A stretch of 64,000 nucleotides of DNA from a virus (lineage: Duplodnaviria > Caudoviricetes): positions 937-64,936 of the IMG/VR virus record IMGVR_UViG_3300033064_000306; one strand, 5' to 3'. Positions 39,406-47,127 of the stretch are shown in pieces (position 1 is the stretch's first letter; every line of letters starts with the position of its first letter). The position numbers were made by a program, and so were the translations under genes. Under the pieces are notes generated by a model, which made no database searches, was not told the origin of the DNA, and saw only the letters and a program-made list of their open reading frames with translations.

Positions 39406-40500
39406 TCAAAATAAATATTGGTGTTTGGTCATCCAATCAACAAAGGATTGGTGTGTAAGGAATAGCTTTTTCTTGTCGTCATCCTTCAAGCCTGTAAGAC
39501 AAAATACCGATTGCAACTCTGTCGGTGTCCGCTTGAGGTATTCAAAGAACTTGCCGATGGTTTGGCGGTCGATACGCTGAACTGCACTAAACGCAAGCAA
39601 GCACAATGCAGTCGGACTTGATGGGACAATGGCGGTGTTTGGGTCTTTGATAATTGACTCCCATGTCGGCAAACTATCCGCTACTTCTACGAATGACATC
39701 AAGTCACGAGCCGCTGGTGCTCCAATCGTGCCTTCTAGCGCACAAAGGGTTGCGTTGTCAGTTACCTTGTTGCGCCCATTAAGAATATTACTTGCTCTAG
39801 CAAGGGAACGAGGGGAAACAAAAGACTTCTGCGCTTCCTTTGGGTTGAAGATATATTTATTACCCTCTTGACTTGGCTCAAGATAAGATGCCAACGCTTG
39901 AGGTGTTTGCTTAATCCACGCAAGGACTTCGGGTGCGATGTTATTACGCAATGCCCAATGACCCCATGAGTTGTCGTCAACTGAACCATCAGGATTAAAG
40001 CCTGCGTGTGGTTTCTTAATATTAATTACGGATAAACGATTACGGGAATGGCTCATCATGTTATCGCCTACCCCGTCGGTGGTGTAGTTACCCGCCGTTA
40101 TCACTATCGTATCCTTGTGCAAGGGGATACCCATAATCATGCGTGGCTCGTTAAGCATTGGATGCAACATATTCTTAACTGATTGATGACCCTTAGTAAA
40201 CTCATCGCAAAAGATAACGAGTGGCTCTTTCAGATGAAAACCCCATTGTTCGTTGGGGTAAATCTTGGTGGTTTTGGTTTCGTGGTTGGGGATTGGGATA
40301 CCTAGTTCACCCAACTCTACATTTGGTACATCGATATAGATGCCTTTATAGCCAGTTCTTTCTACAATGTTCTTGAACATTGAGGTTTTGCCTACCCCTG
40401 GCTCACCCATAAGGTGAAAGGTTACACCAGCACCATGTGTTACTACGGAATCCTCTGCTTCTTTGAGGGTTACGCTACGATTTAATAAAACTTGAGACAT
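39406..40500 (-). CDS. MoxR-like AAA+ ATPase
   Basis: GEPGVGKT, FCDEF, TAGN, SPRS. Confidence 0.85.
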   Translation of the reverse strand: MSQVLLNRSVTLKEAEDSVVTHGAGVTFHLMGEPGVGKTSMFKNIVERTGYKGIYIDVPNVELGELGIPIPNHETKTTKIYPNEQWGFHLKEPLVIFCDEFTKGHQSVKNMLHPMLNEPRMIMGIPLHKDTIVITAGNYTTDGVGDNMMSHSRNRLSVINIKKPHAGFNPDGSVDDNSWGHWALRNNIAPEVLAWIKQTPQALASYLEPSQEGNKYIFNPKEAQKSFVSPRSLARASNILNGRNKVTDNATLCALEGTIGAPAARDLMSFVEVADSLPTWESIIKDPNTAIVPSSPTALCLLAFSAVQRIDRQTIGKFFEYLKRTPTELQSVFCLTGLKDDDKKKLFLTHQSFVDWMTKHQYLF

Positions 40501-40553
40501 ATTATATTTCCTTATTAGTTAGTTATTATTTGGGACAAAGTGTCACTATGACA

Positions 40554-41507
40554 CTATGTCCTTTGTTGCGAAAAATACTTCTTGTTATCGTCATGGAACA
40601 TAGACCCAACTTCCTGTTCTTCAACAGTAAATACTTGGTCACGATATTCATGCTTTAACACTTCACTAAAGAACCTCTTAAACCTAGCGGGTGTGCATTC
40701 AATCTTCTGCGACCGATAGGTAAACTCTCCACCACTACACGCTACATAGGTTGCGAGTTCATACAGAAGGGTCAAGTCCCCAGATTCGCTGAACTTATCC
40801 AATGCTAGAAAAAGCTTTGTTCGGTTCTCGATATCAGGGTTCTTCCTCTCCCAATTAACAAATGGTATGAGTGATGTATCTTTAAAGGTCAGACCATGAC
40901 TAGCTTCAGCCACCTCTATCCTCTCAATATACGGACTCATGCCTAGCATCGTCGCACCATAGTCAATAAATAACTTATACTTCTTGCGTAGTGCATTAAG
41001 TTCTTTGCGGTTGGCTTTATATCTTTTCTCTTTGACTACATTCTCGGCTACATACACTTCACCTTCTTTAACTAGCACGAGTCCGTTGTCCATCAAAAAG
41101 TTCTTGCCCGCCTTGTTGACAAAATACCATTTACCTTTGACCGAATCGATAGTCCCAAGCTGTGCTAACGAATAGGTAAAAAACTGTAACATCGATGGGT
41201 TATGCCAATGGGAGTTCCTTACTTTTATCTTGCCATCAGGAAAGAACTCGATATCGTTGTCACGGTAGAAAGAATACGAATAGGTATCGATGAATGTGCC
41301 GAGTGGGTTGTCCACGCCGCCCTCTACGCTTAACCTATTCTTGTAAATACGAAACCATGTATAGCGACGATTCTTGCCCAATGGTCTGCACTCAGGTGTC
41401 CGACCACGAATAGGGATTACCTTATCGTAGTAAGCCTTGACTTCCTCGTAGGTTGCCAAGGCAGGGATGCCTGCCGAGTTATATGGAGTGTACCCCCATC
41501 CCATCAT
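40554..41507 (-). CDS. Early hypothetical protein
   Basis: 317 aa; GGAGG RBS; stop codon lies inside a palindrome. Confidence 0.7.
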   Translation of the reverse strand: MMGWGYTPYNSAGIPALATYEEVKAYYDKVIPIRGRTPECRPLGKNRRYTWFRIYKNRLSVEGGVDNPLGTFIDTYSYSFYRDNDIEFFPDGKIKVRNSHWHNPSMLQFFTYSLAQLGTIDSVKGKWYFVNKAGKNFLMDNGLVLVKEGEVYVAENVVKEKRYKANRKELNALRKKYKLFIDYGATMLGMSPYIERIEVAEASHGLTFKDTSLIPFVNWERKNPDIENRTKLFLALDKFSESGDLTLLYELATYVACSGGEFTYRSQKIECTPARFKRFFSEVLKHEYRDQVFTVEEQEVGSMFHDDNKKYFSQQRT

Positions 41508-42226
41508 TTACCTCCAAACAATTTGGATTCGAGATAAGCTACTGTGGCACGCAAGTCCATGACTTCTTTCATTACTTCAGTCACTTCGCTAGTCACATTC
41601 CGTGTTCCGTAGGCTTTAGCTAGTGCGTCTTGCAATTCGCTAATCTGTTGTGCTTGCTTGCGAGCTTCGGTCTGCCACTCGACTACACGCTTCTCTAGAA
41701 ACTCAGCCGTATACAACGATGGTGGATTGTCAAACATATCAAACTGACGAGGGTCTTTGGCTACGGCTTTGCCCAATGACTTCGGATTGATAAACTTAGC
41801 TTTCTTACCACGATTAATCGGTGCAGGATTTTGCAAGATGCCACGCTTTTTAGCTTCTTCGCATGGGTAGAAACGAGTAATGCCTGACTGCGGATTAGTC
41901 TGTCTACCAATCAATCCACGAGAAACCCATCTACCTAGCTGAAGATTAACTAGCTTAACATTAGGTTCTTTGCAGTAGTTAGCTACGGCTTCTGCGGTGC
42001 GGTTGCCATTACTCAACGCACTCAAGATGCGGTCTTTCAATGGCTTGATGTGGTCAGGGTAGTTAAAGTTCACACCCTTCTGCTTACTTGATGCTTCAAC
42101 AGGCTGAACTTCCCTAGCTACCAGCTGACGAGGTGGGTAACGGAGTGACTCTATGTCCACTTGCGTTGGTTGATGATTTAACTGCTCTTTGAACAATCTT
42201 AATGCTTCTATGGCTTCGTTTTTCAT
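41504..42226 (-). CDS. Possible winged-helix protein with C-terminal coiled coil
   Basis: RILSALSNGNRTAEAVANY...VNLQLGRWVSRGLIGR. Confidence 0.5.
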   Translation of the reverse strand: MKNEAIEALRLFKEQLNHQPTQVDIESLRYPPRQLVAREVQPVEASSKQKGVNFNYPDHIKPLKDRILSALSNGNRTAEAVANYCKEPNVKLVNLQLGRWVSRGLIGRQTNPQSGITRFYPCEEAKKRGILQNPAPINRGKKAKFINPKSLGKAVAKDPRQFDMFDNPPSLYTAEFLEKRVVEWQTEARKQAQQISELQDALAKAYGTRNVTSEVTEVMKEVMDLRATVAYLESKLFGGK

Positions 42227-42285
42227 AATTGAAAATTTCCTATTTAAGTTGAATAACGGACTTAGTGTCACCATGACACTTTGTC

Positions 42286-43779
42286 CTACTTTGTAACCCA
42301 TAACACTAGTAATACAGGCACTATTGTTATGCCAATCACAACAGTCATGCCTTCCAACATTCCACGCATGAATTTAATCCCATACATGAAATCACTCTCG
42401 CACTTCCACAGTCCAGTTGCGTAGTCAGCATCTTTAAATGCTTCACTAGCACTCCGTGAGGTGCGACCAACATAGTGACGAACATCGCCAATGCCATCAA
42501 AGTTGTTATTACTGCGTAAGTCAAGGGCAATCACCGCAACCCCTGCTTTAATACTATTTAGCTTCTTCATTACTAATCTCCCGAAGTTGTGCTTCATGGT
42601 TCAACAACATTTCTTTGGTTTGCCACACCAACAGACGAGCATGGTCTTTGGTAATACCCTTTTGCAAGGCAAAGTCTAGGTTGCCTATCATGTTGTGAGT
42701 GTGAACTAACAAATCCGATATCGTCGGCTTTGGTTTAATCATATGTCCCCCTGTAATGCGGTTAGCTTGGCTTTCATGACGGCAAGCGTTGCTTCTGCTT
42801 CTATACAACGGAATATCTGCTCACCCTCTGCCGTCCCCTTGGTATGCTCAAGAACAGATTGAAGGTCAGCGATGTTCTTCAATAACTCGCTGATGCGTTG
42901 CCCTTTATACATTTCCCTACTCATACAAACTCCCTTATCCAATCGATATAAACTTCGTCAAAATAAAACCACCTAGCTTGTCGATTCCTATCAGGCACAT
43001 CAATAGGGTAATTAACTAGCAGAGCATGGCTGTCCCACCGAACCACCTTGTAGAACTCAGGCTTGTCAGGCTTGCGGTATAACTTAACTACCTTCATTTC
43101 CTTCTCCAAAAATCCTAGCATTAAAGCCCTCAAGAAAGCCATCAATAAAAGCATGACGAGCTTCGTTAATATAGGGTGCGTCTTTAGTGCCTACTTGCCC
43201 TGTGTGCGGGTCATACTCTTGCATCCAAATCCAACTGCGACTGACTGCAATTTCCATGATGGTTGCGGTCTTGTTTATGTTTTCGTAATCCTCTAATTTA
43301 CCCATCATGTTGTCCTCTTTGGGTTAGTAAAACGCAAATCGTCAGGGTTGTGAATATATTGGTAAGCACCTTTGGAATAAGGAATCTGAACCATGCTTGC
43401 TTTACGCTTGGACTTAGCTACGGCTATCTTGTCGCCACACTTCATACAAGTCAACGGCTTGGACTCGTTGATTAGAAACTGAGCACGCTTGCCGTTCACA
43501 TACACTTGGCAATCCTTGGCGGTGTTGGCTACGCAAAAGTAGCGGTGCGACTCGTGGCTCATATTACGGACTTGTGTATTCATATCGTATTCTCGTATAT
43601 AGGTTGATTGGGACATAGTGTCAGAGTGACACTTCGTCTTTGGTTTGGATACTAGCGAGGTTGATTGCTTCCATCGTTTCCTTGGCGAGTGCAAGGTTTT
43701 CTGCGGTTGGATACTTGAGGCAAAGCATGAATAGCTTTTGGAGTGTGCCTGCTACTTGTGCTTGTTCTTTACTTGTCAT
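42286..43779 (-). CDS. Run of seven small coupled early ORFs (42286-42570, 42554-42742, 42739-42924, 42921-43097, 43084-43308, 43305-43583 Cys-rich, 43621-43779)
   Basis: Overlapping stops/starts and RBS-like GGAG/GGGG/GAGG sequences; functions unknown. Confidence 0.55.
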
Positions 43780-43858
43780 ATAAATCTCCCTTGATTGGGA
43801 CAAAGTGGCATGATGACACTTTGTCGGTTGCATGTTGTAGGCGAATTCCCACTCTATT

Positions 43859-43887
43859 AGTATAACACATTTAGTGGTAAATGTCAA
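43859..43887 (-). promoter_or_regulatory. Near-consensus sigma70 early promoter
   Basis: TTGACA-N17-TATACT. Confidence 0.88.
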
Positions 43888-44041
43888 GGACTTGTCCTGT
43901 AGTTATAGTGTTGCTTGGCTTTATTGCGTGGCTTACGCATCGTGGAATTCCCCTAGTGCGTCGCCCCATCGAGCCAGTTCCCGACCTCAAAATAAAAAGA
44001 AAAAGGACAAAGTGTCAAGCTGACACAATGTCCTAGGCAAT

Positions 44042-44063
44042 AAAAAAGCCCACCTAAGTGGGC
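44042..44063 (-). terminator. Intrinsic terminator
   Basis: GCCCAC-TTAG-GTGGGC-TTTTTT. Confidence 0.85.
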
Positions 44064-44083
44064 TTAAAGGGTTAAGGGGTTAA

Positions 44084-44665
44084 TTACATACCTAGCAATT
44101 CTTGGTGAATACGAGTGAGTAAACTAAAATCCTCGCACTTACCCAAGCACTCACGAATCTCCTTGCGGATTGCGTTGAGTTGCTCCTTAATATCATTACC
44201 CGCCTCTTTTTGACGCAACTCCAACTCCTTGCCCAACTTCTTGGCTTCGTCAATACGCTTCAAAGTGGGTTGAGCCAAGAGGTGAGCCATCTCCGCTTGC
44301 AATTCCTCATCGGCTTTGTCTTCGAACACTTCACGCACTTTTGCCCTTTGCTCGGCTTTTTTCTTGGCTTGCGGGTCATCACTAACAGGGATAGTGATAG
44401 CAGATTCTTTACAAACACGAGACCACTTCGTTTTGATAGCATCTGCGGATTTGCCAGCTTGCTCAAGGGTTTCAACAAAGATAATGCGACCCATCGAGTA
44501 ACGAGCCCAAGACGGCTTAGCGCCCAATACACGAGCAATGGTTGAAATGGCTTCTACAACTGTTTCTTCGCCATCATTCATCGCTAAGGAAGCGGACACC
44601 AACTGGGCATCTTCTTGCTCGTTAAACTGCTCGAGCATTTCTGCGGTTTTGACTACTGATTTCAT
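44084..44665 (-). CDS. Early helical protein, paralog of 45238-45870
   Basis: Own promoter, GGAG RBS and terminator. Confidence 0.75.
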   Translation of the reverse strand: MKSVVKTAEMLEQFNEQEDAQLVSASLAMNDGEETVVEAISTIARVLGAKPSWARYSMGRIIFVETLEQAGKSADAIKTKWSRVCKESAITIPVSDDPQAKKKAEQRAKVREVFEDKADEELQAEMAHLLAQPTLKRIDEAKKLGKELELRQKEAGNDIKEQLNAIRKEIRECLGKCEDFSLLTRIHQELLGM

Positions 44666-44758
44666 AACAATCTCCATAGAGTGAGGTTTAGGGTTTGGGA
44701 CATTGTGTCACTCTGCCACTTTGTCCTTTGCTACATATGGGCGAATTCCCACTCTATT

Positions 44759-44787
44759 AGTATACCACCCTTGATGGGATTTGTCAA
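44759..44787 (-). promoter_or_regulatory. Near-consensus sigma70 early promoter
   Basis: TTGACA-N17-TATACT; shares a 25-bp identical block with the 43859 promoter. Confidence 0.88.
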
Positions 44788-44801
44788 GGGTTTGTCCCAT
44801 C

Positions 44802-45095
44802 TGTTCTAGATTATGGGGGTAATGTTCTGTAATGTTCTATATGGTCGGAACACTCTCTAGCCCTTGTTCTATATGGTTAAGAGGGCTATATAAGTATAAT
44901 GTTCTATTGTTCTATATATGTCCAAAACACTTTTTGAGTTTAAAACTTGCACCGAGTGGGGGGCTCTTTGCTCCTTGACTTTTTAAAAAATCAGAATGGA
45001 GATGTTGGAACATTTAGAACATTTAGAACAATATAGCTAAGTGCTTGATTACATTTGGTTTCTTCTGTTCTATTCGGTAGAACATTACAAGAACA
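44802..45095. repeat. Cluster of 13 TGTTCY/RGAACA hexamers (iteron-like) with an IHF consensus site at 45038-45050
   Basis: Direct reading; AATCAAGCACTTA on the - strand matches WATCAANNNNTTR. Confidence 0.7.
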
Positions 45096-45180
45096 AAGCA
45101 AGACATAGTGGCATGATGACACTTTGTCCATCGGGCTAGTGCGTCGCTTACAACCAGTTCCCTATTATTTTTAACTGGAC

Positions 45181-45209
45181 AAAAAAATCCCCTGGGGTTA
45201 GCCAGGGGA
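45181..45209 (-). terminator. Intrinsic terminator with a CCWGG in each stem arm
   Basis: TCCCCTGG-N6-CCAGGGGA-TTTTTTT. Confidence 0.85.
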
Positions 45210-45237
45210 ATGAAGTAATACTATGCCGACAGATTAA

Positions 45238-45870
45238 TTACAGTCCGGCTACCTGGTAATCATAATCATTAAATATTGCTAGAGCAGCATTTAATGTATC
45301 CTCTTCCAGGCAATTCTTAGCTGCCTTAGCCACTTCGGACTGTAATGCTTTAATGATTTCCATTCTATCTTTCAGCACCAGGGCACGTTTATCCTCAATA
45401 ACAGCAGCTACCTTAGCAGCCTTAGCCAGGTTAGATTTAGTAGCGTTAGCTGTAAGCATAGATACTTCAGCCTGGAGCTCTTCAAAACTGCGCTCCATTT
45501 GTACAGCCTTTTGGGTAGCAGCCTTAGCTCTCTGATCGGCTTTAGCCTGGCTGTCTTTAGCTTTACTAGCTGGTTTAGACAGGCCGTACATCTCTTCAAG
45601 CCTAGCTGTAAATCTTTTCCACATAGATTTAATAGTATCACTATCCAGGCTTACACCTTTTTTAGTAGCGTATGCTGTTTTAACTACCTGGCTACCTTCC
45701 GCCCAGGTATCATAGTCTGTTACATCAATACCATCAGCATCCTGGACGGTTACGTTCCTGGCAAACTGTTCGATAGCATCATCAGCATCTACTTCGGCTA
45801 CTGCAAACATCGTCCCGATATCCTGGAAGGATATGTTTAATTCTTCTGACAATTGGAAGTTATTTTCCAT
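45238..45870 (-). CDS. First early gene; helical protein encoded by CCWGG-saturated DNA
   Basis: 210 aa; AGGGGA RBS; monocistronic. Confidence 0.75.
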   Translation of the reverse strand: MENNFQLSEELNISFQDIGTMFAVAEVDADDAIEQFARNVTVQDADGIDVTDYDTWAEGSQVVKTAYATKKGVSLDSDTIKSMWKRFTARLEEMYGLSKPASKAKDSQAKADQRAKAATQKAVQMERSFEELQAEVSMLTANATKSNLAKAAKVAAVIEDKRALVLKDRMEIIKALQSEVAKAAKNCLEEDTLNAALAIFNDYDYQVAGL

Positions 45871-45928
45871 TTTAGTTCCCCTGTATTAGGTTAGTTATCC
45901 AGGCTGCACCTTGCTACCTGGTCATTAC

Positions 45929-45957
45929 ATTATACACCCGGACTGATAGTTATCCAG
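45929..45957 (-). promoter_or_regulatory. Candidate promoter with perfect -10 and weak -35 overlapping CCWGG
   Basis: CTGGAT-N17-TATAAT. Confidence 0.45.
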
Positions 45958-46497
45958 GATATATCTTACTGGACATGGGAGCTATATAGAATAAGGCGCA
46001 GCCGACGGGTATCAAATTCACCAGGTAGCTAACCCACCATACCCCACCCCCCAAGATACAGATTAGGAGTCCCAGCAATGCAATATACACAGTGTTTTAC
46101 ACGGTACATCACATCAAAAATATTTTTAATAAATTCATAACTTAAGTGATGAAAACAACCCATTCTCTAGCATTATTTGTTATGTACTTATATTCACCAC
46201 TTATGACTCATCGCACATATAATTTTAAAAAAAGTTTATTTGCTAGGTAATCCCGGCCATCTAACTACATCCTATTCTCTAGTAGGGGGTATGATTATTC
46301 TCCTGGTAAGACGTTGTTAATTAACTACAGTAAGGGTACCCCCCTCTTTTATTTTGGGACTCCCCCCCCGGGGGGTATAAAAAAATTTATAATATTTTTA
46401 CTTAGTCACGTGAGTCGTGCTGGGGTGGGCACGAAGATTTACCACCCCACTAAAAAATAATATATACTCCAGCCATACAAACCTCCACTAAGGCTGT

Positions 46498-47127
46498 ATG
46501 CAAATACCGGTCGAACCAAATCTCGACGCACCTATCCCAGCGGGGGCCTATCCTCAAAGAGGGGATACTTATGAGCAGCGACTTAAGGTTGCTGGGAATA
46601 CTGCGCTCCTACTAAATGAACTCGGTGTAGAAGACGATATTCCTACAGATGAAGAAATTGCCCAAGCAAAAGAAATGTTTGAGGCAATTAGACCTGCGGA
46701 CGACAAAACATCTAAGCCTACTAAAGAAGAAACAAAAGCTCTTAAAAAAACTGGGCTAGCGTTAACCCTAGGTGGGTACATTAGTGAGTACGAGAAGCAA
46801 GTAGTCGCTGATAAAGTCCAAGTTAGAACAATTGTGGTTAATAGGTTGATGGAAATTAGCCAGACGGATGACGACAAAGTGGCTTTAAAGGCCCTCGAGT
46901 TGCTTGGAAAAGCGTCGGACCTGTTTACTGAACGTTCTGAAATCACTATTACCCACAAAACTAGCGATGAACTTAAGGCTGCTATTAAGGAACGCATCAA
47001 ATTACTTATGGGTCAGCCTATGAAAGACATCCCAAGTGCTACGGAGAAGCGGCTAAACCAGCTAAACCACAACCAAATGGAAATAATAGACGTTACAGCC
47101 CTTGAAAAAATTGAAGATGACGACTAA
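46498..47127 (+). CDS. Putative terminase small subunit
   Basis: Immediately upstream of terL; ALKALELLGK...LFTE. Confidence 0.6.
   Translation: MQIPVEPNLDAPIPAGAYPQRGDTYEQRLKVAGNTALLLNELGVEDDIPTDEEIAQAKEMFEAIRPADDKTSKPTKEETKALKKTGLALTLGGYISEYEKQVVADKVQVRTIVVNRLMEISQTDDDKVALKALELLGKASDLFTERSEITITHKTSDELKAAIKERIKLLMGQPMKDIPSATEKRLNQLNHNQMEIIDVTALEKIEDDD

Larger units (their letters stand above)
35678..45129. repeat. Nine dispersed 29-bp palindromes, GGACAWAGTGKCA-N3-TGMCACTWTGTCC
   Basis: Copies start at 35678, 37662, 40533, 42258, 43611, 43798, 44005, 44698 and 45101. Confidence 0.92.

Noticed and set aside
42146-42158. TGACTCTATGTCC as a tenth palindrome
   Set aside because: Half-site only, inside a CDS, with no matching arm.
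43584-43887. Repeated peptide TKCxxDTMSQ in several ORF translations
   Set aside because: It is the translation of the DNA palindrome in over-extended ORF ends, not a protein motif.
35678-45129. 29-bp palindromes as a CRISPR array or integron attC sites
   Set aside because: Spacing is irregular (about 190-2900 bp) with whole genes between copies. There is no cas operon or integrase, and no attC RYYYAAC/GTTRRRY ends.
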